NCBI GenBank assembly: GCA_028875345.1
Contig: JAPPEG010000314.1
Location: forward strand, 6,505-70,504
DNA: 64,000 bases
Direction of reading: 5' to 3'
From: Gemmatimonadota bacterium
GTDB taxonomy: Bacteria; Latescibacterota; UBA2968; UBA8231
Numbering within the stretch: the stretch's first letter is position 1; each line of letters starts with the position of its first letter. The notes under the pieces are model-generated. The model searched no databases, was not told the origin of the DNA, and was given only the letters and a program-made list of their open reading frames with translations. This document shows, in pieces, positions 49,928-59,146 of this stretch. The translations under genes were made by a program, and so were the position numbers.

Positions 49928-51376
49928 TTAGGGTGAAATACCTAAGCGATTTTCATAATCCAGGGGGCGTCCCTCGGCATCGAGTAAGGGCTGCGGCGGG
50001 GCCTTCTTTTGGGTTAGCAAGCTGACGATTACCAAGGCGAGGGCGGAAAAGGGCACGGCCAAAAGATCGGCTGGCAAATCCACGGGGATTATCCGCAACA
50101 CCTGCCATGCGCACAGGCCAACCCCTATGGAAGCTAGGGCCCCAGGGCCGTTGCTCTTGGACCACCACAAGCCAGCGGTTAGCGGGACGAATAGCGCGGC
50201 GAGGAGTACAGACCAAGAGTCAACCATCAAGTCGTACACCGAAGCAGTCCGGAGGGCCAACAGCAGAGATAGCGCGCCCAAGAAGAGGACGGACAAGCGC
50301 GTCACGCGCAGCGACGACCGCTCTTCGGCATCGGGCTTGAAGTAGCGCAGGAGATCCCAGCCAATGACGCTCGCTGGAGCAAGGAGGGCACTGTCGGCGC
50401 TGGATAGGAGGGCCGAGACGAGGGCACCCGTAAAGAGGACCAAGGCTATATCTGGAAGGTACTTTAGGGCGAGGGACATCATAACTAGGTCGGGATCGGC
50501 CAAATCCGGGAGGATGATTGCACCCGCCATGCCGAGAAAAACGGGCAATAGCCCGACTGTTATATAAAGTAGCCCAGCGAGGTAAGCACTGCGGTAGGCC
50601 ACCTTTTCGTCGCGGCTTGAAAGACTGCGCTGAATTAGGTCTTGTCCCGCTAGGTTACCAAGGCCGATAACCAGCCAGTCGCGCGCGTAGGCCAGCCAAC
50701 TGGCTGCGTCGCCGCGAGGATAGAAATCAAAGCGGGAAGACGGAATTTGGGCGACGAGGGCTTTCCAGCCGCCCATGTCGCCGAGGAGGATCGGCGTCAA
50801 AATAAACAGGCCGAGCACGAGGATGGTCACTTGGACGAAATCGGTTAGTGTGACGGCCCACATGCCGCCGGCCCAAGTGTAGATCAGCACGATGACTGCG
50901 GCTGCGCAGATGCCGATAGCGGGATCGATGCCGGTCAGGATTTGCAGAATCCGCCCAAATGCCAACAAGAGCGAGCCGGTCCAGCCAACATAGGCGGGAA
51001 TAGTGCAAAGGCTGGCCAGCAGGCCCGCCCGTGGGCCAAAGCGGCGAGTAAAAAAGGATGCGATCGTCATCAAGCCCATGCGCCGCATCAGTCTCACGTA
51101 AAAGAGGCCAGCGATGAACAGGCACAAAGCCGCGCCAAAAGGGTCGGCAATGACCGCGAGGATGCCGCCCTTATATGCAGCACTTGCAGCGCCAATGCAG
51201 ATTCCACCGCCAAACCACGTCGCCGCGAGCGTTGCGGTGCAGAGTAACAGGGGCAGGCGTTGACCGGCGAGGATGAAGTCAGTCGAGTTGCGGACGCGGC
51301 GACCAGCGTATAGGCCGACGCCGAGCATCGCCGCGAGATAGACACCCAAGCCGATCAAGACCAATGGATTGGCCAT
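49928..51376 (-). CDS. Sodium:solute symporter (SSS family)
   Basis: About 13 TM segments and the N-terminal family pattern VYLAAMLGVGLYAGRRVRNSTDFILAGQRL. I prefer the ATG at 51376 (MANPLVL..). The longer track ORF (to 51466) would swallow the putative enhancer site of the divergent psp promoter. Confidence 0.8.
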   Translation of the reverse strand: MANPLVLIGLGVYLAAMLGVGLYAGRRVRNSTDFILAGQRLPLLLCTATLAATWFGGGICIGAASAAYKGGILAVIADPFGAALCLFIAGLFYVRLMRRMGLMTIASFFTRRFGPRAGLLASLCTIPAYVGWTGSLLLAFGRILQILTGIDPAIGICAAAVIVLIYTWAGGMWAVTLTDFVQVTILVLGLFILTPILLGDMGGWKALVAQIPSSRFDFYPRGDAASWLAYARDWLVIGLGNLAGQDLIQRSLSSRDEKVAYRSAYLAGLLYITVGLLPVFLGMAGAIILPDLADPDLVMMSLALKYLPDIALVLFTGALVSALLSSADSALLAPASVIGWDLLRYFKPDAEERSSLRVTRLSVLFLGALSLLLALRTASVYDLMVDSWSVLLAALFVPLTAGLWWSKSNGPGALASIGVGLCAWQVLRIIPVDLPADLLAVPFSALALVIVSLLTQKKAPPQPLLDAEGRPLDYENRLGISP

Positions 51377-51429
51377 GGCAAGATCCTTTGCGAAGAGAAG
51401 ATTTGTTATAATAACTAAAGGAGTGAAAA

Positions 51430-51465
51430 TGGCCAATGACGCCAGCCAAGTGGCGAATCTGGCCA
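51430..51465. promoter_or_regulatory. Candidate enhancer (UAS) inverted repeat for the sigma-54 activator
   Basis: TGGCCAatgaCGCCAgccaagTGGCGaatcTGGCCA has nested inverted arms and is centred about 100 bp upstream of the -24 element. An AT-rich tract (51466-51540) lies between the two. Confidence 0.4.
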
Positions 51466-51542
51466 TTAAAAAGTAATAATTTGATCTATATTTTTCCTGT
51501 AATATATTGGGCTATAATCAGTTATGGATATGACAATGATTT

Positions 51543-51558
51543 TGGCATGGTCCTTGCA
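51543..51558 (+). promoter_or_regulatory. Sigma-54 (-24/-12) promoter of pspA
   Basis: TGGCATGgtccTTGCA against the consensus TGGCACG-N4-TTGCW, with one mismatch and correct GG-N10-GC spacing. It lies about 50 nt upstream of the pspA ATG, and a sigma-54 activator is encoded in the same cluster. Confidence 0.8.
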
Positions 51559-51607
51559 GGTTAGAAACAACGCATGATAAGCTTCACTCAATCAAGGAAG
51601 GTGTGCG

Positions 51608-52282
51608 ATGGCTAAGGGAGCCTTTTCGAGGATAAGCGATATCCTCAAGTCCAATATTAACGAGATGCTCGACCGGGCTGAAGAGCCAGATAAGATGATC
51701 CGCCAGATGGTACGGGACATGGAAGAGGCAGTAGGCAAGGCCACGGCCTCGGTAGGGACCGCGGTGGCCAACCACAAGCGGCTCGAGCGCCAGTTCAACG
51801 ACAAGCAAAGCCAGGTCGCCGAATGGCAGGGCAAGGCCGAACGGGCGGTGGAAGCGGGCGAAGATGCGCTGGCGAGACGGGCGTTGGAGCGCAAGGCAGT
51901 GTTTGCCAAAGCTGCCGAGGATCTGGCTCCGGCTGTGGAGGAGAGTCGGCAGACGGCCGAGCAGTTGCGCGAGCAGCTGCGCGAGCTGAAGACCAAGCTC
52001 GAAGAAGCGCGGACCCGACAGGGCACGTTGATTGCTCGCCACCAAGCTGCCCAGGCCCGCAAGCGTCTGGCCCAGAGTATTTCCGGGTTGGGTGAGGATG
52101 CCTTTTCCAGCTTTGAACGCTTTGAGCAGAAAGTCGAAGAGAGCGAGGCAGAGGCGGCCGCCCACACGGAGATTTCGGGCGAGATGGAAAACATTGAGAA
52201 AGAGATCCGCCAAATCGAAGTCGATCACAGCGTTGACGACGAGTTGAAGGCTCTAAAGGACAAGATGAATAAAGACAAGTAA
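51608..52282 (+). CDS. pspA: PspA/IM30 family protein
   Basis: AGGAAGG lies upstream. MAKGAFSRISDILKSNINEMLDRAEEPDKMIRQMVRDMEEAV.. is followed by long coiled-coil sequence. Confidence 0.88.
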   Translation: MAKGAFSRISDILKSNINEMLDRAEEPDKMIRQMVRDMEEAVGKATASVGTAVANHKRLERQFNDKQSQVAEWQGKAERAVEAGEDALARRALERKAVFAKAAEDLAPAVEESRQTAEQLREQLRELKTKLEEARTRQGTLIARHQAAQARKRLAQSISGLGEDAFSSFERFEQKVEESEAEAAAHTEISGEMENIEKEIRQIEVDHSVDDELKALKDKMNKDK

Positions 52283-52330
52283 TCCTTTGTTCCGCAGCAT
52301 GTTGTGCAATTTGCTGAATTCGAGGAACTA

Positions 52331-52855
52331 ATGGCTGTGACGATGAGACCGTCCAATGCGGCAAAAAGCGAGGTACGAAGTGCTATGGAAGGGGGATTCA
52401 AGCGCCTAGGCGCTCTTTTTCTCAAGGTAATGGCCGTGCCGATGGTGCCGATAGGGCTAGGGTTTATGCTCTACGGCCTTTTTCAAATTCTCCATGCCGA
52501 TGGTCCAGATTCACATTTCGAGTTTTTCGCCATTGGCGTCACCCAGACCATTTTCGGCAGCTTGCTCTGGATACTGGCCAAAAAGCTCGATGCGGCCGCG
52601 CACTTGGTGCGCTACCGACGGCAGCAGAACCGCGTGGTGCGGCTGGCCCAGAAGAGAAATGGCCGCCTGACGGTGACCGAAACTGCGGCCGATACCGGGC
52701 TGACAGTCGAGGAAGCCTCGGAGATTCTCAAGCGCTTGGCCGATGGGGGATTCGTCGAGGTCGAAATAACCGATTCGGGCCTGATCGTCTATCGCTTTCC
52801 AGAGGTGCTTTTCGCGCACGAGAAACACTGGAGCCAAGGCGTCGAAAGCGCCTGA
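52331..52855 (+). CDS. Two-TM protein with C-terminal winged-helix-like domain, unknown function (Psp-module member by position)
   Basis: TM segments VMAVPMVPIGLGFMLYGLF and FFAIGVTQTIFGSLLWILA. These are followed by RLAQKRNGRLTVTETAADTGLTVEEASEILKRLADGGFVEVE. A GTG at 52304 is an alternative start. Confidence 0.55.
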   Translation: MAVTMRPSNAAKSEVRSAMEGGFKRLGALFLKVMAVPMVPIGLGFMLYGLFQILHADGPDSHFEFFAIGVTQTIFGSLLWILAKKLDAAAHLVRYRRQQNRVVRLAQKRNGRLTVTETAADTGLTVEEASEILKRLADGGFVEVEITDSGLIVYRFPEVLFAHEKHWSQGVESA

Positions 52856-52891
52856 TACAAACGAACTGTAGCTTGGACAGGGAGGGAGCAA

Positions 52892-53167
52892 ATGAGTGGG
52901 GTTTTGCAGGTCGCCATCGGCGTATGTCTCATCATCCTGTGCAGTGGATTGGTCAATTGGGGAAACAAGTATTATTCGAGCCGCAAGCGACGAGACAAAA
53001 AGGCCAAAGAGGAAGAGGATTTGATCGTCAAACGACTAGAGCAAGTTGAGCAGCGGCTGACCGAGGTACAGGACGTGATGATCGCCCTCAGCGAGAAGAT
53101 CGACTACATGGATGGAGTAGGGACTAAACCTAAAGCACAAAAAGAGCAAATGGGAACGGAGAGTTGA
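52892..53167 (+). CDS. PspB-like single-TM mini-protein (copy 1)
   Basis: It is 91 aa with one N-terminal TM segment (VAIGVCLIILCSGLV), then a charged stretch and the heptad motif LEQVEQRLTEVQDVMIALSEKIDYMD. The architecture resembles PspB. Confidence 0.55.
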   Translation: MSGVLQVAIGVCLIILCSGLVNWGNKYYSSRKRRDKKAKEEEDLIVKRLEQVEQRLTEVQDVMIALSEKIDYMDGVGTKPKAQKEQMGTES

Positions 53168-53202
53168 CTGGAAGAGTTGTTTCCATAGAGAGGAGCTCAA
53201 GT

Positions 53203-53571
53203 ATGGACAAGAATAGGGGGCCCGCCTTCGGGTTTTTCTGCGGTATCGCGCTGTGCGTGCTTTTTTACTTGGCGTTTGCCATTACCCCAAGCCCCTACGG
53301 TTTGATAGGGCCCGTCGTTCTGACGCCACTCTTGTTGGCTGTTGTGGCGATTTTCGGCATCGCTAAAGTTGCCGAATACCTCAAGCTCAAGGCGACTGTA
53401 TCCGAGGACAAGGGCATTGAGCCTGATGAACTGCGGGAACGGCTAGCCGGAATGGAACAGCGGCTAACTGAGGTGCAGGACGTGATGATCGCTCTCAGCG
53501 AAAAGATTGACCACATGGACGAAGCAGGATCTAAGTCTTGGGAGCGTCAAGAACCGCGAGAGCAAGGCTAG
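53203..53571 (+). CDS. PspB-like mini-protein (copy 2, two TM segments)
   Basis: AGGAG at 53191-53195 lies 7 nt before the ATG at 53203. It has two TM segments, then MEQRLTEVQDVMIALSEKIDHMD, nearly identical to the copy 1 motif. Confidence 0.55.
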   Translation: MDKNRGPAFGFFCGIALCVLFYLAFAITPSPYGLIGPVVLTPLLLAVVAIFGIAKVAEYLKLKATVSEDKGIEPDELRERLAGMEQRLTEVQDVMIALSEKIDHMDEAGSKSWERQEPREQG

Positions 53572-53574
53572 GCT

Positions 53575-54930
53575 GTGAATTGGCTCGACCGCGCTGTAGA
53601 GGCTTGTGAAGGTGCGCGTTGGGCCGAGGCGTTGGAGTGGTGCGAGCGCGGCCTAGCGCAGGTGCCCGACAACTTAGAACTCCAGCATCGCAAAGGGCTT
53701 TGCCTCTTGGAACTGGGGGACGAACAAGCGGCCATCGCCGCACTGGAAGCGACCGCGACGCGTGGGCATCTAGAAAGTCACTATCAACTCGGTTTGCTCG
53801 CAATGCGTCAAGGGCGGCGGAACGCTCGGTTCCGCGAGCGGTCGCTGGCGCACTTTGAAGCCATTGTGCGCGCGACTGAGGAAGGACGCGAATACCCAAT
53901 TCTCGATCGCGTCTTTTTCGCTCTCGGTAGCCAGTACAACGAAGATCCACAGTGCCGCGAGGAAGCCATCCGAGCGTTTCGCCAAGGGTTGACCCTCAAC
54001 CCGCTTTCCGCGGCTGGCCACAACAGTTTGGGCCAGCTCTTGCTGCAAGGCGGCCAGGTGTTGGGGGCGATGGGGGAATTCAAAGTCGCCATCCAACTCG
54101 ACCCTAAGCTCAGTCAGCCGTACGCGAATTTGGCTCGTTTGTTTTTTCGCCATGTAAAACCCCCTGAATTAGAACAAGAATACCAGCACATCTGCGAGGA
54201 ATTCAAGCAAAGTGCTCCGCAGGTCCTCGCACGTCTGTCGCTGGAAATGGTCGAGTTGGGGAAAGAACAGGTGTACGAGGGGTTTTACACAAAAGGGCAT
54301 CGCATCAAAAACCTGATGGGGATCATCGGCAGCCGCTTGCGGGGGCTAGGGCGCAAGGCCGAAGGGAAGCAACAGGGGGAGTTGAATCGCTTAGGGGGTG
54401 AATACGAGGCCCTGTACGACGAATGGGTGGGGTTCTTGGAAGTGATGAAAACGGATGAAATCCACCCGGCGGTGATCGATCTCGGGCGCTTGGTGCGCCG
54501 GGTGGTCGCTGGATTTGACCGGCAAACTTGGAAGGCCGCGATCCAGACGCGGATTCAAGAGGGCTTGCCGCGCGTAGAGGCCGATGAGCGAATGCTGCGC
54601 GAGGCCACTACCAACCTCTGCCTCAACGCTTTGGAAATTCTCGAAGGAAATAGCGGCGGTCGGGTGGTGCTGGGTGCTGGCTACGACGAGGATCAGTCGC
54701 TGGCTTTCATTGAGGTCGAGGACGATGGGCCGGGCATTGAGGAAGAGCATTTGGAGTTGATATTCGAGCCTGGATTTACCACTAGGGAGCGGGGCAATGG
54801 CTATGGCTTGAGTATTGCGCGCCGCATTGCCCAGGCCCATCAGGGTGTGCTGCGAGTCAAGAGTAGAAAGGGACACGGGACCGTTTTTCGGCTCGATCTG
54901 CCGCTCAATTTCTCGGGCGGCGAGACTTAG
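53575..54930 (+). CDS. Soluble TPR-sensor histidine kinase
   Basis: GTG start and no TM segment. N-terminal TPR units, H-box GHRIKNLMGII, and HATPase_c blocks NLCLNALE.., VEDDGPGI, GNGYGLSIARRI. Confidence 0.8.
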   Translation: MNWLDRAVEACEGARWAEALEWCERGLAQVPDNLELQHRKGLCLLELGDEQAAIAALEATATRGHLESHYQLGLLAMRQGRRNARFRERSLAHFEAIVRATEEGREYPILDRVFFALGSQYNEDPQCREEAIRAFRQGLTLNPLSAAGHNSLGQLLLQGGQVLGAMGEFKVAIQLDPKLSQPYANLARLFFRHVKPPELEQEYQHICEEFKQSAPQVLARLSLEMVELGKEQVYEGFYTKGHRIKNLMGIIGSRLRGLGRKAEGKQQGELNRLGGEYEALYDEWVGFLEVMKTDEIHPAVIDLGRLVRRVVAGFDRQTWKAAIQTRIQEGLPRVEADERMLREATTNLCLNALEILEGNSGGRVVLGAGYDEDQSLAFIEVEDDGPGIEEEHLELIFEPGFTTRERGNGYGLSIARRIAQAHQGVLRVKSRKGHGTVFRLDLPLNFSGGET

Positions 54931-54957
54931 CCTTTCAGGGATTGAACGAGGACGGGC

Positions 54958-56376
54958 ATGGTAGGCAAAAAACAGAAAGCCGTCTTAATCGCCGATGACC
55001 AGCAGGAATTGCGCGAGATGTTGGCGGAGAAACTGCGCAGCTTGGGCAAGGAGGTCATCTCGTTTTCCAACGGCCAGCGGCTGCTCGGACATCTGGCAGC
55101 TAGGCCGACGGACGTCGAACTCGTGGTGCTGGACTTTGACTTTGGCATTGGCCAGCCCAATGGCCTCGAAGTGCTGAAAGAGATCAAAAAGCACTGGGTC
55201 GAGTTGCCGGTTATTATTCTCACAGGCAAGGGGAGCGTTGACTTGGCGGTTGAAGCGGTGCAGGCCGGGGCAGCGGACTTTATCGAGAAGGACCTGTACG
55301 TCGAAGACAAGCTCGAAGTGGAGATGGAAAAGGTCGAGCGGATGTTGGCGGTATTGCGCGAAAACGCCCGTCTTAAAGCCGAGAACGAAGCCCTCGACCG
55401 CGATAACACCTTCTATCGGACCCAGCTAGGTCAGCGCTATCAGATCGTCAGCCGCAGCCTTCTGATTCAGAACCTGCTAAAGCAAGTTGAACAGATCGCC
55501 TCCATACCGCGGCCCGTGTTGATCTGCGGCGAGCGCGGCACTGGCAAGGAGCTGATCGCCGCCGCCTTGCACTACGGGAGCAATCGCCGCGAGCGGGCCT
55601 TTGTCAAGATGAACTGCGCGGCACTGTCGGATACCCTACTCGAAAGCGAGCTATTTGGCCACGAGAAGGGAGCCTTTACGGGTGCGACCGAAATGCGCCA
55701 CGGCCGCTTTGAAACCGCCGATGGCGGCACGCTCTTTCTCGACGAGATCGGCAACACTTCGCTGGAATTTCAAAAAAACGTATTGCGCGTCATAGAATAC
55801 CAAGAATTTGAACGCACGGGCGGGACGCAGACGATCCACGTTGACGTGCGCGTAGTGGCGGCGACCAACGCAGATCTAGAGCGAGAAATAGCCAACGGGC
55901 AATTCCGCGCCGACCTCTACGACCGCCTGCGGTTTAGCGTGCTCCAACTACCGCCCTTGCGGGAGCGGCCCGAGGATATCCAGCCCTTGGTTACTTACTT
56001 TACTCAGCAGCTATGCGACGAAGTGCCGGCGATTGAACGACGCCCGTTTGCCGAAGGCGTTTTGGCCACGCTAGAGACCTACGCTTGGCCGGGCAATGTA
56101 CGCGAACTCAAGTTTGCCATTGAGCGCGCCCTTTGCGTCGCGCAGGGGGACGAAGTGGGCGTGGAGGATTTGCCCCCGGAAGTGCGCGGCGGCAGTGGCG
56201 TTGAACTTCCTGAGGGAGGCAGTTTCGACGAACAAATCGAGCGTGTCGAGCGAGGCTTGCTCGACGGCGCGCTCTCCCAGGCGGGCGGGCGGCAGAAAGA
56301 CGCGGCACAGCATTTGGGCTTGACCTACGACCGCTTCCGACACTTGCTCCGCAAATACCAAATCACGGCCAAATGA
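54958..56376 (+). CDS. Sigma-54-dependent response regulator (receiver + AAA+ + Fis-type HTH)
   Basis: Receiver domain (VLIADDQ..VVLDFDF..ILTGKG). Walker A GERGTGKE. Sigma-54 contact loop GAFTGA within EKGAFTGATE. GGTLFLDEIG. C-terminal HTH QKDAAQHLGLTYDRFRHLLRKY. Confidence 0.88.
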   Translation: MVGKKQKAVLIADDQQELREMLAEKLRSLGKEVISFSNGQRLLGHLAARPTDVELVVLDFDFGIGQPNGLEVLKEIKKHWVELPVIILTGKGSVDLAVEAVQAGAADFIEKDLYVEDKLEVEMEKVERMLAVLRENARLKAENEALDRDNTFYRTQLGQRYQIVSRSLLIQNLLKQVEQIASIPRPVLICGERGTGKELIAAALHYGSNRRERAFVKMNCAALSDTLLESELFGHEKGAFTGATEMRHGRFETADGGTLFLDEIGNTSLEFQKNVLRVIEYQEFERTGGTQTIHVDVRVVAATNADLEREIANGQFRADLYDRLRFSVLQLPPLRERPEDIQPLVTYFTQQLCDEVPAIERRPFAEGVLATLETYAWPGNVRELKFAIERALCVAQGDEVGVEDLPPEVRGGSGVELPEGGSFDEQIERVERGLLDGALSQAGGRQKDAAQHLGLTYDRFRHLLRKYQITAK

Positions 56377-56403
56377 CTCACTGTGTCCTCTGGCCGAGCC
56401 TTG

Positions 56404-56431
56404 TTGACAGTGGGAACGCGCCGGGTATATT
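56404..56431 (+). promoter_or_regulatory. Sigma-70-type promoter
   Basis: TTGACA-N16-TATATT upstream of ORF 56464. Confidence 0.55.
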
Positions 56432-56463
56432 AACCGCAAGGCTCCCACACGGGCGAGAGGCGC

Positions 56464-56787
56464 ATGGAAAAAGTTTACAAAGTCGAGACCACACTTTCTC
56501 ACAGCTTGGCCGAACTCTATGCTGGCCTTGAAGAAGAGTTCGCCAACAAAAGCAGTATCCCCCTCTCGGACATGAATCGCACGTTGTTGCAAACGGGCTT
56601 AATCCACCATCTGACGATGATGAGCGGATTAGGGCTGATCGAGCCTGAGAAAGCCGAGCGGCTGCACGAGTTGATTGACCAAGTAGCAAAGGATACCATA
56701 CTTTGGGACATCTTGCAGATGGTGCGGACCTATTGGCGGGATTGCGGTTCTGGTGGTCCGGGCGGTGCTGGTGGCCTCAAAGTCTGA
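56464..56787 (+). CDS. Hypothetical 107-aa protein with Gly-rich tail
   Basis: The ORF has its own TTGACA-N16-TATATT promoter (56404-56431). I recognise no family. Confidence 0.45.
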   Translation: MEKVYKVETTLSHSLAELYAGLEEEFANKSSIPLSDMNRTLLQTGLIHHLTMMSGLGLIEPEKAERLHELIDQVAKDTILWDILQMVRTYWRDCGSGGPGGAGGLKV

Positions 56788-56837
56788 TGCGGTGGCTCTA
56801 ACTCGTTGTACAGATTGCAGTTCAGGGGGATGTACAG

Positions 56838-56866
56838 TTGACAACTTCCGTGGCCACAAGTATTAT
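56838..56866 (+). promoter_or_regulatory. Sigma-70-type promoter of nifU-sod-prx
   Basis: TTGACA-N17-TATTAT, about 45 nt upstream of the ATG at 56913. Confidence 0.6.
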
Positions 56867-56912
56867 ACAACCCGTTTCTTGAACCTCTTTACTAGGCTGT
56901 TGAAGCGAGCAG

Positions 56913-57290
56913 ATGAACTCCTTTAGCGCAGCGGTTTTTGACCACTATCGGCATCCCCGCAACGCGGGGCAAATCGATGATGCCAATGCCTCGGGGCAAG
57001 CTGAAAATCAGGCCTGCGGCGATGCGATGCAGCTTTTTGCTCGCGTCGAAGACGGCCGCATCGTTCGCGCTAGCTGCAAGACCTTTGGATGTGCCCCTTC
57101 GGTCGCGGCTGGCTCGGTGCTCACCGAGTTGCTGGCAGACTCGCTGCTAGTGGATGCAGCACAGCTAAAGCCGGCAGCTATTGAAGAGGCGCTAGGGGGA
57201 TTGCCGCCAATGAAGCGCCACGCCGCTCAACTAGCTGCTGACGCGGCTCGGGCCCTAGTGAAAAATTACCAAGCCAATACGGCCTCCTAA
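56913..57290 (+). CDS. IscU/NifU-like Fe-S cluster scaffold protein
   Basis: [35 protein letters not shown], giving three conserved Cys. Confidence 0.75.
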   Translation: MNSFSAAVFDHYRHPRNAGQIDDANASGQAENQACGDAMQLFARVEDGRIVRASCKTFGCAPSVAAGSVLTELLADSLLVDAAQLKPAAIEEALGGLPPMKRHAAQLAADAARALVKNYQANTAS

Positions 57291-57324
57291 CCCATTTTTA
57301 ACCTCAAGCCGAAAGGATTGCACC

Positions 57325-57945
57325 ATGGCTCACTCTCTTCCCGATCTCCCCTATGCCTATGACGCGCTGGAACCGATCATAGATGCCCGCACCATGGAGA
57401 TTCACCACACCAAGCATCACAACACCTATGTGACCAGCCTCAACACCGCGCTCGAAGGACACGACGACTTAGCTGCCAAAAGCGTCGAAGATCTCATCAG
57501 CGACCTCGACGCCGTCCCCGCGGACATCAGCACGGCGGTGCGCAACCACGGCGGCGGCCATGCCAACCACAGCCTATTTTGGCAGATCATGGCTCCAGCC
57601 GGGGAGCGCGGCGAGCCTTCGGCTGAGCTCATCGCCGCAGCCGAAGCCAAATTTGGCAGTCAAGATGCAGCCCGCGAGGCCTTCGTGGATGCGGCAACCA
57701 AGCGATTCGGCAGCGGCTGGGCTTGGGTTGTAGTCAAGGATGGAGGGCTCGACATCCTCAGTACTGCCAATCAGGATAATCCCCTAATGGACGGCAGCGG
57801 AGTTCCCATCCTTGGCATCGACGTCTGGGAACACGCCTATTATCTCAACTATCAAAACCGTCGTCCCGACTACATCGCCGCTTGGATTGAGACTGTCAAC
57901 TGGAACGAAGTCAATCGCCGCTTTGCCGAGGCGATGGGGAGTTAG
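57325..57945 (+). CDS. Fe/Mn superoxide dismutase
   Basis: [28 protein letters not shown] and DVWEHAYYL. Confidence 0.92.
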   Translation: MAHSLPDLPYAYDALEPIIDARTMEIHHTKHHNTYVTSLNTALEGHDDLAAKSVEDLISDLDAVPADISTAVRNHGGGHANHSLFWQIMAPAGERGEPSAELIAAAEAKFGSQDAAREAFVDAATKRFGSGWAWVVVKDGGLDILSTANQDNPLMDGSGVPILGIDVWEHAYYLNYQNRRPDYIAAWIETVNWNEVNRRFAEAMGS

Positions 57946-57948
57946 CAG

Positions 57949-58416
57949 ATGGCGATTCAAGTAGGAGATACAGCGCCCGCGTTCACTCTCAGGAATGCGG
58001 ATATGGAGGACGTAAGTCTCGGCGATTTCGCTGGTAAAAATGTCGTCTTGCTCTTCGTGCCGCTGGCCTTCACCGGCGTTTGTACGCAGGAGTTGTGCGA
58101 GATTTCCGCTGGAATCAACGCGTACAATGATCTCGATGCCGAGGTTTTGGGAATTAGCGTCGATAGTCCGTTTAGCCTCAGCGCATGGGCTGAAAAGGAA
58201 GGTATTGAGATCCCACTGCTCAGCGATTTCAACAAGGAAGTCTCCGCTGGGTACGGTGCCCAGCACGAAGACCTGTTGGGCTTCAAAGGCGTCGCCAAGC
58301 GCTCGGCCTTTGTCGTCGATGGTCAAGGCATCGTCCGCTACGCTTGGGTATCCGACAACCCCAAGGTCCTGCCGGATTTCGCGGCCATTAGGGCTTGTTT
58401 GCAATCGCTCAACTGA
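57949..58416 (+). CDS. Peroxiredoxin (AhpC/TSA family, 1-Cys/AhpE-like)
   Basis: GDTAPAFTL..GKNVVLLFVPLAFTGVCTQELC. Confidence 0.85.
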   Translation: MAIQVGDTAPAFTLRNADMEDVSLGDFAGKNVVLLFVPLAFTGVCTQELCEISAGINAYNDLDAEVLGISVDSPFSLSAWAEKEGIEIPLLSDFNKEVSAGYGAQHEDLLGFKGVAKRSAFVVDGQGIVRYAWVSDNPKVLPDFAAIRACLQSLN

Positions 58417-58437
58417 AGCACTTCGTTTTCGCAGCAA

Positions 58438-58476
58438 AGTGGGGCAAGGCACAGACGGCTTTGCCCCACTGTTTAT
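58438..58476 (+). terminator. Hairpin downstream of peroxiredoxin (probable terminator)
   Basis: AGTGGGGCAA-13 nt-TTGCCCCACT followed by GTTTAT. The U-tract is weak. Confidence 0.45.
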
Positions 58477-58500
58477 AGAGCCCGCAAAGGAAGGTGCGCA

Positions 58501-59127
58501 ATGGAAGATGTGACGGCAGGGTCGCTCGGCGAGCGAGATACTCCGAGTTGGCTCCAGGGCCAGAACAAGGCCAAGGCCGCCGAAATAGCCGGTCATTTCG
58601 CCCAAATTATGCAGGTTTTGGGGCTCGACTTGAGCGACCCGCACTTGCGGGGAACTCCGGACCGCGTCGGGCGGATGTACATGGAGATCTTTCGGGAACT
58701 GGACGACCAAGGCGAACCGGAGATTACCTGCTTTCCCAATAGCGATGGCTATGACAACATGGTGATCGTCAAGGACATCGAGTTTTTTTCGGTTTGTTCC
58801 CACCACCTGATCCCGTTCTTCGGCAAGGCACACATAGCCTACATACCTAGGGATTCGATCGTTGGTCTGAGCAAAATCGTGCGCATTGTCGAATTCTACG
58901 CCCGCCGGCCCCAGCTCCAAGAGCGTCTCACTCAGCAAATTGTGGACTTTCTCGAAGCCAAGCTGGCCCCCAAAGGATCCATCGTCGTAATGGAGGCTCG
59001 GCATTTGTGTATGGAGATGCGGGGGGTGGAAAGGCCTGGGGCGGTGACGACCACTTCGGCACTCCGGGGCCGTTTTGCCGAGCCGATAGTGCGCGAGGAA
59101 TTTTTCAACTTAATCAAGAAAAATTGA
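58501..59127 (+). CDS. folE: GTP cyclohydrolase I
   Basis: FFSVCSHHLIPFFGKAHIAYIP and RPQLQERLT. Confidence 0.9.
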   Translation: MEDVTAGSLGERDTPSWLQGQNKAKAAEIAGHFAQIMQVLGLDLSDPHLRGTPDRVGRMYMEIFRELDDQGEPEITCFPNSDGYDNMVIVKDIEFFSVCSHHLIPFFGKAHIAYIPRDSIVGLSKIVRIVEFYARRPQLQERLTQQIVDFLEAKLAPKGSIVVMEARHLCMEMRGVERPGAVTTTSALRGRFAEPIVREEFFNLIKKN

Positions 59128-59146
59128 AGCAGCACGGGACAAACCC

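Noticed and set aside
51584-52364. Minus-strand ORFs of 189-214 aa opposite pspA
   Set aside because: The pspA assignment on the plus strand is strong, with an RBS, a sigma-54 promoter and the family N-terminus. The antisense products are low-complexity Leu/Arg/Ala-rich sequences.
52874-52890. TGGACAgggagggAGCA upstream of the first PspB-like ORF as a second sigma-54 promoter
   Set aside because: The spacing is off by one, the core bases deviate (GGAC, AGCA), and it abuts the start codon, leaving no room for a leader. The GGAGGGAG more likely serves as the RBS.
57784-59004. 406-aa ORF on the minus strand spanning sod, peroxiredoxin and folE
   Set aside because: It lies antisense to three genes with unmistakable family signatures. 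Its product has no recognisable motif. Long antisense ORFs are expected in GC-rich DNA.
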